Shown here one piece after another: positions 9,199 to 18,498 of a DNA stretch of 64,000 bases (position 1 is the stretch's first letter; each line of letters begins with the position of its first letter). This stretch comes from Candidatus Freyarchaeum deiterrae. Lineage in GTDB: Archaea > Asgardarchaeota > Jordiarchaeia > Jordiarchaeales > Jordiarchaeaceae. Both the position numbers and the translations under genes were made by a program. The DNA lies in assembly GCA_037305845.1 (NCBI GenBank), contig CP147778.1:2592001-2656000 (forward strand). Direction: 5' to 3'. The notes beneath the pieces are model-generated. The model had not been told where the DNA came from. It did not search any database and worked only from the letters and a program-made list of their open reading frames with translations.

Positions 9199-10503
9199 TT
9201 ATTCTGATATGGGTGTTATTAAACCTTGTGATAATCGGATTTTGTCGCACCATAAAGCTGTGTTTATTAGGGTACTCATGTCGTACATGTCTACGGGGGG
9301 TTGGTTTTGCTCCGCGAGTAACAAATTTATCTCCAATAGTAATTGATTTTTAGATTTGGGTTTTTCTGGGTCTAATTTGTCGAAAAAGGTTTTGAAGGCT
9401 GGAAATTCTGAAACAATTTCCAGAAACTTTTGTTTTGCTAATCTCTCATCTGAGATTATATTTTGATAAAATTCCAAACCTTTTGGAGTTAGGTATACAA
9501 TTCCACGGGTACGTTTCAATAGACCTAACATTTTTCCGAAGCGGGTGTGATCCCCTCCACTTGTTTCCAGCTTCATGTAAACTAACGTTTGAATCGGCAT
9601 ATTATTCTCAGGACTTGAGCCCAGGTTCTTTATTAGCTCAAAAAATTTTTCTGGTACTATAAGCGGAAGTGAAGTACCCTTTCTGTCAGAACGCTCTCTT
9701 TTTTCTTTGGCGTATGAAAAGTAAAAAATAAAATTCCCAGCATCATGAATTAATTCTAAACGCGGTGGAGCATTCTCTCCGATAGATAAATACACCTCTT
9801 TACACATTTTTATTGCTGGAAGTAAAGTTTTAAGATACTTCGAAACTGTTTCTATTGTTGTATTTTCACTTTTAATGTACTTACAATTGATTTCTGTTTC
9901 TACTTGGAAATCCCCCTGAGAGGCTTCTAATGTTAGAATTTGTTTATCCGATTCCCCGTTACTTGTAATCTTTATCTCGTCCGAGATCGCAGTAACTTGA
10001 GATAGTGCATCGTAAAAAACACCTGCATTCACGTAAGCCTCGCTCAGGTAAGCGTGCTCCTTCGGATCTGGAATTATGGGCTCTGCTATGTAATTCCATT
10101 TAATTCGGTATTTAGTTAGAAGATTTGTGGTACTTCCGCTTAAAACTAATTCATTCTCATTGAAATCAATTTCAAGACTCTTAGCTCTTCTTAGTTGTGG
10201 TAGTATCTTATCTAAAAGAGAAACATCAATGATGTAGTGAGAACTATCTTTAACTTCAAAAGTACTTGATAAATCCGAGCTAGAAACAAAAAAGCTCTTC
10301 TTAAAATTAACATCAGCATAACAATAATTATGAGGATCAATACCCCTTAGGCGTATACCGTCCTGAGTTGCGGAAAATTCAGCATTCTGCAAGAATTTAG
10401 TAATATATTCAAGAATATACAAAAAGAAGTTTTTGTCCTTAACATGCAGAACTGTATCTCTCATGAGAGCCATCCATGCCCACCAACTTCTTTCGAAGCG
10501 CAC
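9199..10503 (-). CDS. PCNA sliding-clamp paralog fused to a ~165-aa C-terminal tandem winged-helix module
   Basis: PCNA-N pattern (AEFSATQDGIRLRGIDP..YADVNFKKSFF) and PCNA-C pattern (SKYLKTLL...EVYLSIGENAPPRLE), then a wHTH wing LGLLKRTRGIVYLTPKGLEF. True start is probably ATG 10473 or 10464. Confidence 0.8.
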   Translation of the reverse strand: MRFERSWWAWMALMRDTVLHVKDKNFFLYILEYITKFLQNAEFSATQDGIRLRGIDPHNYCYADVNFKKSFFVSSSDLSSTFEVKDSSHYIIDVSLLDKILPQLRRAKSLEIDFNENELVLSGSTTNLLTKYRIKWNYIAEPIIPDPKEHAYLSEAYVNAGVFYDALSQVTAISDEIKITSNGESDKQILTLEASQGDFQVETEINCKYIKSENTTIETVSKYLKTLLPAIKMCKEVYLSIGENAPPRLELIHDAGNFIFYFSYAKEKRERSDRKGTSLPLIVPEKFFELIKNLGSSPENNMPIQTLVYMKLETSGGDHTRFGKMLGLLKRTRGIVYLTPKGLEFYQNIISDERLAKQKFLEIVSEFPAFKTFFDKLDPEKPKSKNQLLLEINLLLAEQNQPPVDMYDMSTLINTALWCDKIRLSQGLITPISE

Positions 10504-10504
10504 T

Positions 10505-11563
10505 TTAAATTATTTCAGAAATTTGATACATACGCTTTTTTAACTTTGCATATTCCCACAAGTATTTAAGACTAGAAACTTTCTTGGTTCCGTCAGGATT
10601 CATGGAAAATATTCCATCAATATATTTCTCATACTCATCCTCCCCGATGCTGAGTAGAATCTGCGCATTTTGAGCCTCCATTTTCATAACATACTCATTG
10701 TGAATAGCTCGGGCAGTCCAATCATTAAACAATCTTTCAGGCTCTGATCTACATATAGGGCAATCACAACTGCTCTGTAAAGCTTTAACCTGCGCAGGCC
10801 CCCTATTGTTGTTACTCTTTCCTCCAAAACTAGCAATTCCATAACCACAATAATATTCACCAGTTCCCGGAAAAATCACATTACCATAAGCCGCTTTACG
10901 CCTGTACCCCGAAGAATCGGTGCTATCCGCACCAAGATAGTAAGTAAGATGCAATGTCAAAGGCGAAGAACCAGTCCCGAGCAAATGTACCTTAAAATCA
11001 GTTAGCCGCCTCACCCCAGATATAGCTAACGAAAACATATCTATGAGTTCTTTCCTAGGTTGGCGATCCCCAAAAAACCCAGTAAAATCAGAAAAATCTG
11101 AACTCACGATACTACCGAGAGCAATCATATCACTATCAACATTTTTCTGCATCCATTCCAGATTATCGTATAAAGATTTCTTACTCCAGGAATGAACAGA
11201 AGGAACTAAACGCCCACGAAGAGTCGTACAATCCTGCCAATAAAGTATATTTTCTCTAGTTTTAAACCACAAATCTTTCATATGGGAAACAGAATCCCCC
11301 GGAGAAAAAGGAAAGTCCAAAGGAATAGCATAAACAGGATTAAATGACTCCTGAACCGCAACCACACGATTACGATCTAGATCTATCCCCTGCATTCGTG
11401 CAGTGAACGCTCCATTATCCAAAAATAAATTCTCAGTCCTATAATTTAGAGACGGAGAAATATCTTTGTAGTAATTAAATACCGAATCCATGACAAAATC
11501 TTTTTCTCGATTTTTAATTACTGGGTCCTTCTGCTCACCAATCCAAAGTATCTTCGACTCCAT
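10505..11563 (-). CDS. tRNA-guanine transglycosylase-like protein (catalytic barrel only; DpdA/arcTGT-like)
   Basis: FLDNGAF, PLDFP, VHLLGTG, ADSTDSS and Zn site CDCPIC-x16-HN; 352 aa with no PUA domain. Confidence 0.85.
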   Translation of the reverse strand: MESKILWIGEQKDPVIKNREKDFVMDSVFNYYKDISPSLNYRTENLFLDNGAFTARMQGIDLDRNRVVAVQESFNPVYAIPLDFPFSPGDSVSHMKDLWFKTRENILYWQDCTTLRGRLVPSVHSWSKKSLYDNLEWMQKNVDSDMIALGSIVSSDFSDFTGFFGDRQPRKELIDMFSLAISGVRRLTDFKVHLLGTGSSPLTLHLTYYLGADSTDSSGYRRKAAYGNVIFPGTGEYYCGYGIASFGGKSNNNRGPAQVKALQSSCDCPICRSEPERLFNDWTARAIHNEYVMKMEAQNAQILLSIGEDEYEKYIDGIFSMNPDGTKKVSSLKYLWEYAKLKKRMYQISEII

Positions 11564-11614
11564 CCCTCAACCCTCATTTGAAATTCTTTTTGTCTAGAAT
11601 TTCTACTATTCTCA

Positions 11615-13198
11615 TTAAAATTTCTTCATCTCCTCTATAACATCTGGCGTATATCCTCCATGTTCTGTTAATCTTTTTGTATTAATCATAACAGTAAAAG
11701 ATAATGGAACAGCGCTACCGAAAATATAAGCTTCCCCAGGACTTAATGATTTGATCTCTTCCAAATCCTCATCAGTAACATGCTCTGATATAGCCCTAAC
11801 ATATCTTTGGTCATCAGGATTTGTTAAACGTAAAATAATTTGTGTATTGCATTGAGAAAGGACATCACTGTCAACTCTGCTTGGACGCTGGCTTACAATC
11901 CCTAATCCCATCATAAACTTTCTTCCTTCTTGAGCAATTCGTTTTAAAGATGGTTTTGATGCAGTCATTTCTCCACCCGAGGGCATAAATCTATGAGCTT
12001 CTTCAAAAATTGTTAAAACAGGTGGAATTTCATCTAGCATTCTCCCTTCCAATATTTTATTAGCAACTATTGCTATGAGTGCTTGTTGAAAAATCAGCTC
12101 CATCCCCGACATATCGATTATTGTTAACTGTCCTTTCTTTACTAGTTCCAAAATTTTAATAACCGGTTCACCAATATCTTTACGAATAAAGGGAGCTTTA
12201 TCATAAAGTAATTCTAATTTTGTATTTAAGATATGAGGAGAAGCCTCTCCATAAACTACCCTTCCTGCAACTTCACTCAGTTTATTTTTAATTTTTTCTA
12301 TATCTGTTGTGCTTCTTAGATCTGGATCTTTATGAATTGCTGACCAACCAGCTTGTAAAATTCTCCTCTGAGCCTCAGATATATCATGCAATTTTTCTAA
12401 TAAATAGATTATTTGATAGGTTTCCAAATCCCCCAGATTAACGCAAAGCCTTTGACTCTTTCTATCTTTATGAAACTTATTCTCGAATCTCTTATCTAGC
12501 AGTTTTTTAACTTGCTCAGCCGCTGTCACATAAATTTTTGTTTTATTAATAACTTTTTTAGAATCTGAGTTTCCTGCTCCACGTTCGCAGCACAGAGAGC
12601 TATACTCCCCATGAGGATCAAAAATAATTATAGGAATGTCATACTCCCTTGCTATCTGTTCAATAATAACAGCAACAGCCCAAGATTTACCCATTCCCGT
12701 CATTGCTAATACACAAAAATGTTTAGTCAATATTTCATTAAGATCTAGATGCACATCTATATTTTCGTTCATTCTAAAGCTCCCAATTACTATACTTTTG
12801 TTTAATGGTTTAATTTGTTCTTTTAAGAAATTTTCATCTGCAACAAACACCTTTTCTCCAATAGAGATTGGAGTCCTTGGTCTTCTAAATATAGTTCCTT
12901 GCCTTCTACCAATAATCTCAATTTCTCCTACTATGTAATCCTCAAACTCGCCCCGTATTCCTATACTTTTAGCATTAATATCCGTTTTAGACTCATATAG
13001 ACTTGATAACTGAACTGCACTATCTTGGTCAATAAGATAATTTCTCCTGTTAATAGAGATGATTCGCCCTAATTGTTTAGTCCCGTCTGCATTTATCTCT
13101 ACTAGCTCCCCAACACGTACATGACCTCCCGGTTTAGTAGAGAACTTAATTCGAGATATGGAAGGTGTCTCGAAAACAGTACCTATAAATGAACTCAT
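11615..13198 (-). CDS. herA: HerA-family ATPase/DNA translocase
   Basis: N-terminal HAS barrel; HFCVLAMTGMGKS (Walker A), IFDPHGEY, IFEEAHRF (Walker B), EGRKF...SQRPS. Confidence 0.93.
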   Translation of the reverse strand: MSSFIGTVFETPSISRIKFSTKPGGHVRVGELVEINADGTKQLGRIISINRRNYLIDQDSAVQLSSLYESKTDINAKSIGIRGEFEDYIVGEIEIIGRRQGTIFRRPRTPISIGEKVFVADENFLKEQIKPLNKSIVIGSFRMNENIDVHLDLNEILTKHFCVLAMTGMGKSWAVAVIIEQIAREYDIPIIIFDPHGEYSSLCCERGAGNSDSKKVINKTKIYVTAAEQVKKLLDKRFENKFHKDRKSQRLCVNLGDLETYQIIYLLEKLHDISEAQRRILQAGWSAIHKDPDLRSTTDIEKIKNKLSEVAGRVVYGEASPHILNTKLELLYDKAPFIRKDIGEPVIKILELVKKGQLTIIDMSGMELIFQQALIAIVANKILEGRMLDEIPPVLTIFEEAHRFMPSGGEMTASKPSLKRIAQEGRKFMMGLGIVSQRPSRVDSDVLSQCNTQIILRLTNPDDQRYVRAISEHVTDEDLEEIKSLSPGEAYIFGSAVPLSFTVMINTKRLTEHGGYTPDVIEEMKKF

Positions 13199-13206
13199 AC
13201 TATCAC

Positions 13207-14331
13207 CTATAACCTTTCATGAAATTTTTCCTCATAAAGCAAATGATAATATTCTGGTAAATCCTTCCTTGTAAAATTTTTTAGAAGCTGTATAATTCTA
13301 TGTGCACTTTTCTTCCTTAATTGCACTTTCATGTGTGCAGCAAATAACGGCAGAGGATATCCCGGTCTCAGAGAAAAATAACTAAAAGATGTAAATAGTT
13401 GAAGGATTTGGTCCAGTTTGTGTTTAAAAAATCCTGGAATTTCTATAAAAAATGGTTTTTGATTTGTATTTATTTTGATATACATACCTATTATATTACC
13501 TTGAAGCATTTCAATGGGAACCTCAGAACGTAAAGATTGAGTTACTTCAACATATTTTGTTCTTTTAAGATTTTTATCCTTAAATAAGTATTTAATCATG
13601 CTATATTCTGAAACTTGAGAATACTCTCCATTTGGTTTCCATTTTGAAATAAGTTCCTCCATTGATTGAATATCTTCGTCTGTGAATTCATTCTTCGAAT
13701 TTCCATTGCTAAGAGATTTGACTAGTGATAAAAAATATTTATTAGCTTGACTGTCTTTCACAACAGCAATAACTGGTATATCTTCATCCTTAAGATAGTT
13801 GAAGAATTCTGTTGAAACCTTAACATATTCATCATGAACCTCATTTATCCATGGTACTCGATCCACATGTTCAAAAAGAGCGTTATCGGGAAATGTAATA
13901 GTTCCATCAAGGAAAACCAACTTTGGAAAATTACCACTTTTATTTAATTCTTCTAAAACACTATGGGTTATTTGATATTCAAGTGTCTTCATAGATACCG
14001 AATTCACTAAACTGGAATAATATGGTGGTATAATCGATATTTTGGGTAGGTATCTTTCTATACAACCTTTTGTAAAATATGCATAAGCTACAGCTAATAA
14101 AATTGAAGTAGCCTCATACTCTTCTTGATAACTCCCACCATCAGCTGCAACTACATTAGTCTCTAAATCTTTCAAATCTGGTTTAGGTCCGTCTACTATA
14201 ATGTCGGGAATTAATTCTTTCGCGTCTTCCTCAATCTTGTGAAAAATCTCTTTAATTTTTACAAGCTCATTATACCTTCGTTTTGATATTTCACTTATAT
14301 AGCCATCAACTTCAGTTTCATATGAACTCAA
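13207..14331 (-). CDS. nurA: NurA-family nuclease
   Basis: AADGGS, VFLDGT, AVVKDS and GYPLPLFAAH motifs; lies 8 bp upstream of herA. Confidence 0.88.
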   Translation of the reverse strand: MSSYETEVDGYISEISKRRYNELVKIKEIFHKIEEDAKELIPDIIVDGPKPDLKDLETNVVAADGGSYQEEYEATSILLAVAYAYFTKGCIERYLPKISIIPPYYSSLVNSVSMKTLEYQITHSVLEELNKSGNFPKLVFLDGTITFPDNALFEHVDRVPWINEVHDEYVKVSTEFFNYLKDEDIPVIAVVKDSQANKYFLSLVKSLSNGNSKNEFTDEDIQSMEELISKWKPNGEYSQVSEYSMIKYLFKDKNLKRTKYVEVTQSLRSEVPIEMLQGNIIGMYIKINTNQKPFFIEIPGFFKHKLDQILQLFTSFSYFSLRPGYPLPLFAAHMKVQLRKKSAHRIIQLLKNFTRKDLPEYYHLLYEEKFHERL

Positions 14332-14335
14332 CTCG

Positions 14336-14944
14336 TTACCTCCTTAGCATATTAACTATAGGTCTGAGGTGCGGATACTTATCAAGAATAGTTTTTTTAT
14401 TGTTTTCAATAAACGTTAAAACTTCTTCGAGTTTACTTTTCGTTATCTTAACTTTTTTGCTCCAGTTTTCATCAAATACATGGCTATTTAAGTATTTTAT
14501 AAAAAACTCATGTAATTCCTCATCATCCCTAAGCCTAATAAGTATATCCTCAATCTTAATTTCAATTATAGAATCAATTCTCTCTTTGATTGGTTTTTCT
14601 ACTTTGGGAACTGTGGAATATTTGGTACCATGCTTTTTTCGTAACTCTGATAAAATTGCTTTATACTCATCTCTATTAGCAGTTAATACATCATGGAAAA
14701 CAATAGGTGTGACAATATTGTTTTTCTCGTCTACGAATCCAATATCCACATTATACGGGCTTATTATTTCTTTTACTTTTTCATGTATAATCTCACCTAT
14801 ACTTTCAATTGTATACGTCTTGTTGCCAATCTTTAATTCAATTTGTTTCCAACCATAATTTATAGATGGATGATCTAAGGGAGTTAGTAAAATTTTATTT
14901 TCAAATGTTTCATTAAAACTCTTTAAAAAAATAGGTTCACTCAA
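14336..14944 (-). CDS. hypothetical protein, operon member
   Basis: 202 aa; TTG start overlaps the upstream stop (TTGA); 4-bp gap to nurA. Confidence 0.7.
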   Translation of the reverse strand: MSEPIFLKSFNETFENKILLTPLDHPSINYGWKQIELKIGNKTYTIESIGEIIHEKVKEIISPYNVDIGFVDEKNNIVTPIVFHDVLTANRDEYKAILSELRKKHGTKYSTVPKVEKPIKERIDSIIEIKIEDILIRLRDDEELHEFFIKYLNSHVFDENWSKKVKITKSKLEEVLTFIENNKKTILDKYPHLRPIVNMLRR

Positions 14945-17900
14945 GATGCCACCTTCTCTCTTATGATTTTATATCTAATTTCTTGTTTCTTTTTTATAGA
15001 ACCTCCATCTCTGAATTCACTTGTTATTGTATTTCTATAAAGTAGTCCGTCATTAAATATCTCTTCGATTTTACTTGGTTTACATTTGAGATTCCTAATT
15101 ATATTTTTAAGATCATCTTGAGCAAAATCATCATTCTTTCCATTTTTTAGTAATGCCTCAAGTAATATGTATCTATTTTCAGGTAAATTTTGAATTAAAT
15201 AAAGATATTTTTCAAAGTTGGTAGTGCCTTTACATTCCATATTTTCTGATAAGTATTTCTCCCATTCGGGATATCGAACGAATAATTCATTAATTTCAGA
15301 AACCATTTTCTCTATAGACATTAGAGTATCTTCATCACAATTTCTCTTGAGAAAATCCACATAATCTTTAAGAAGAAATAGATCTGATTTAGCCAATTCT
15401 CTTAATCTTGATTTTTCCAAACTACCATTCAGTTTCCCAGGATATTTTATTTCCAAATCTTTTAATATTTCATCTTCCCTGCGGGGCTGAGAAATGTCAA
15501 CTCTTATGCTTTCATATTTTTTCCACTGTTCATAAATATTTAAAGCGGTGTTAAATTCCACTATAGTTTCTGATAAAAATTTTTCCGCTTCTTGTAATAT
15601 TTCGTATCCTCTTTCCAATTCTTTTTTAATAGTTTCCAATGTAGATCTAAGTAACATGACATTATCTGTTTTGAAAAATAAATTATAAATTCTTGTAGAT
15701 AAATCTTCTACAGTTTTTTTGTTCATTGAATTAGAAACAAGACAAAGTTTTACTGCAATTTTTTGTGACCATGCCTGCAAGAAATTATCAGAGGGTAAAT
15801 TATACTCCTTTAGGGTATCTTTAATTTTGGAAAGCTCCTCTTTCTCCTCGGATTTTTTAATTTCAAAATTTATAAGATTGGTATCTGCGAGTTTAATTCC
15901 TTCTACTATTTCTCTTAAAAGTAAGTCATTAACATTTTGATGAATTTTCTTTATCTCTTGGACAAGGTCATCATCAGGTTTAACATAAAAATCTGAAATT
16001 TTATCTATTATATACGAAATTCTCTTATTATAAATACTTTTTTTATTGTAATCCATTTTAGAAAAATCTTCAGAACTAATGTCGTCTAATTCTAGCTTTA
16101 ATTTACCTAATATTGTTTTTTCAGCTTTGGACAAAGTAGCGCCAGGTATATCCTCCTTACTAATATTTTTTATTAATTCTAAAGCTTGAGACAATAAATT
16201 ATTGGGGCCAATTAACTTAATTCTCTCATCTTTAATTTCTATTAACTTTCTAGTAGTTAAAATTTTAGAAAGAAATTCATATTGTTGAATCCTAGAATAT
16301 GAAGTAAAGTATTTTTTCACAGAATTTTTAAATTCATCTACCCGAACCTCTTCTTCTCTAAAAAGAGAGAGAAATTGTTTTTCGTACTTAGAAACTTTGG
16401 AACCAATAATTTTACCATTCTCAGCTAATTCCATAAACTCCGAAAGGGTTTCAATTGCTAAATTACGCAAACCACCATCAACAGCTTTTTCAACAGTACC
16501 GATTTCCCCACCTAAATTACCTCCTTCTATACATATAGAAGAATAGGAAGAACTTTCTCTTTCAAATTGCCTTTTAAGTTCAACTTGAAGAGAACGGTCA
16601 ATATCCATAGAAACAGCATCAAATAATATCCCTTCGCTTTGCTTAATTTTTTCTTGTAACCCTGTAAAGGGGATAGTAAAACCTTTCTCAACTGCCTCAT
16701 TAATATATGTGCTGACAGAATCTCTTATAATTTTTTTAATAACATCTATGTTAGAATTAAGTATTTCACCAAGACCTTTTTTATCAAGTTTTTCGATAAA
16801 AAGACGATTTTCCATTTTACGAATCGCTGTTGCTGCTTCTCTTTTAGGCTCAGTAGTGTATGGATCTAAAACTATAATCCCTAAATCTGCTTTAATACCC
16901 TCAAGTTCAACTTTGATTTCATTTACATAGCTATCTATGAAATCTGAATATTTTTCAGGATGATAAAAAATGGCTACTTCATATACGACCTTTGAATCAG
17001 GAATTATTTCAAATTCTCCATCAATATAAGAATAACTGATGGATGTATGAGTGCAAGTCCGTTTGCTATATCTTAATTCATTTCTAATTATCTCTTGAAC
17101 ATTTTCATGTTTCAAAATCGGATCTTTATCCATATATTCTTTAATTTTTTCCGCAAATTTTGATTCTATTTCAGGAGAAAACCCGTATATCTTTTTTAGA
17201 TACTCGTCTGAAATTCTAATCACTCGAATTATACCAAATTCGTCATCTAGGTACTTCCTAAGATCATCATCCGCAATGTCAACGAATAGTATATAATAAG
17301 CTTCTCCATTGTGAAAAATTCTTTCTTTTTCTAGACCCTGAAATTTCTCTTTTAAAGTAGGGTTTATTTCAAGTTCCTTTAATTGAATATTGTACTGATT
17401 ACATTGAATTAGTATTGCCTCTCTTCTTATTGCATGTTCAAATTTTTCTATAATATCTTTATACTGATTCGGAAGATCTTTTATAATATGCCATTTTGGA
17501 TTAAATAATAAATAATAAAATAATTCTTTTGTTTTTTCATCGAAAGCTGTTACTATATTTCTCAAAAACGCGGGGTCTTTTAATGAAACGCTTACATCTC
17601 CTACTTTAATCTCAGGATTTTTATTAATTAAAACCTCTTTAATTTTATTAATATCAATTTTTTTGCCTTCTTTCCTCCAAAGATTCTCAAAAAGCTCAAA
17701 AAATATTTGAACGTAGGTTCGTGGGTTTTTCTTATTTACGCCTACTCTCCCTTCGTGTACACGGGGTGTAATAGCAAAAATAGAATTTATTACGCTTTCA
17801 TCAAAAAAATCTTCTATTTTATAACCTTCGCTCTCCATATATCTTCTAATTATCTCGTACGCAGAAAAATAGTCTAGGTCTCTTAAATCATATCTCTTAA

Positions 17901-18498
17901 CGACTACTCTTTCAGTAACATCTTCACGTGCTCTTTTGGAAACTTTTTCGTCTTCTGTTAGTCCGCTGATTACGTCAAAATAATATTTAAATGTTTCAGG
18001 ATGTAATGATAAAAGCAAGACAAAATATTTGTTACTATCTATTTTTTCTATTTTATTATCAACAAGAGATCTAAGGTCGTTTAAAAATTTTTTTTCTTCA
18101 TCTGATAATGTTGATTCTTCGCCTTCTCTCTTTTCTATTAGTTTTTGTGCTTCGTCTAAAAAAATTAATATTCCACTTTCTTTTTGTTTAGCTTGATTAT
18201 AAGCTTTTTGTAGAATATCTGCCAAATCTGGAATTTTGTCCAAATCCTTATATATAACTTCTAGTTTACCCCATCCACCCTCATCTTCACTCTTACTGAA
18301 TTTTTCTCTTAACTCTTCTATAATAGTTGTTTTTCCTTGACCATATTCTCCTATAATATTGATTATAATTAGCTGTCTTCCTGCATTGTTTTTTATTAAT
18401 TCTTTAATCTCTTCGAGTTCTAGATCATATCCTACTGGGGATATCTTTTTACCTCCAGGTGCCCCAACTTGGGGAAAAGGGTTTGGTATTTTTCTCAT
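14941..18498 (-). CDS. large P-loop ATPase (AAA+/STAND-like N-terminal domain, helical/coiled-coil C-terminus)
   Basis: N-terminal NPF, Walker A GEYGQGKT, Walker B IFLDEAQ, later NPR motif; 1185 aa. Confidence 0.82.
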   Translation of the reverse strand: MRKIPNPFPQVGAPGGKKISPVGYDLELEEIKELIKNNAGRQLIIINIIGEYGQGKTTIIEELREKFSKSEDEGGWGKLEVIYKDLDKIPDLADILQKAYNQAKQKESGILIFLDEAQKLIEKREGEESTLSDEEKKFLNDLRSLVDNKIEKIDSNKYFVLLLSLHPETFKYYFDVISGLTEDEKVSKRAREDVTERVVVKRYDLRDLDYFSAYEIIRRYMESEGYKIEDFFDESVINSIFAITPRVHEGRVGVNKKNPRTYVQIFFELFENLWRKEGKKIDINKIKEVLINKNPEIKVGDVSVSLKDPAFLRNIVTAFDEKTKELFYYLLFNPKWHIIKDLPNQYKDIIEKFEHAIRREAILIQCNQYNIQLKELEINPTLKEKFQGLEKERIFHNGEAYYILFVDIADDDLRKYLDDEFGIIRVIRISDEYLKKIYGFSPEIESKFAEKIKEYMDKDPILKHENVQEIIRNELRYSKRTCTHTSISYSYIDGEFEIIPDSKVVYEVAIFYHPEKYSDFIDSYVNEIKVELEGIKADLGIIVLDPYTTEPKREAATAIRKMENRLFIEKLDKKGLGEILNSNIDVIKKIIRDSVSTYINEAVEKGFTIPFTGLQEKIKQSEGILFDAVSMDIDRSLQVELKRQFERESSSYSSICIEGGNLGGEIGTVEKAVDGGLRNLAIETLSEFMELAENGKIIGSKVSKYEKQFLSLFREEEVRVDEFKNSVKKYFTSYSRIQQYEFLSKILTTRKLIEIKDERIKLIGPNNLLSQALELIKNISKEDIPGATLSKAEKTILGKLKLELDDISSEDFSKMDYNKKSIYNKRISYIIDKISDFYVKPDDDLVQEIKKIHQNVNDLLLREIVEGIKLADTNLINFEIKKSEEKEELSKIKDTLKEYNLPSDNFLQAWSQKIAVKLCLVSNSMNKKTVEDLSTRIYNLFFKTDNVMLLRSTLETIKKELERGYEILQEAEKFLSETIVEFNTALNIYEQWKKYESIRVDISQPRREDEILKDLEIKYPGKLNGSLEKSRLRELAKSDLFLLKDYVDFLKRNCDEDTLMSIEKMVSEINELFVRYPEWEKYLSENMECKGTTNFEKYLYLIQNLPENRYILLEALLKNGKNDDFAQDDLKNIIRNLKCKPSKIEEIFNDGLLYRNTITSEFRDGGSIKKKQEIRYKIIREKVAS

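Noticed and set aside
8014-11563. Type IV CBASS, QatABCD or canonical Dpd assignment
   Set aside because: No CD-NTase, TatD or DpdB/C-like gene is recognisable in or beside the cluster; the small MNT at 38256 is ~19 kb from the operon and too short.
10505-11563. Housekeeping archaeosine tRNA-guanine transglycosylase (tgtA)
   Set aside because: It lacks the C-terminal/PUA domains, has DNGAF and sits in an accessory island; the symbol is withheld pending phylogeny.
14941-18498. Calling the 1185-aa ATPase Rad50 because it is near nurA/herA
   Set aside because: Walker A and Walker B are both in the N-terminal ~115 aa; there is no C-terminal ABC signature or central CxxC hook.
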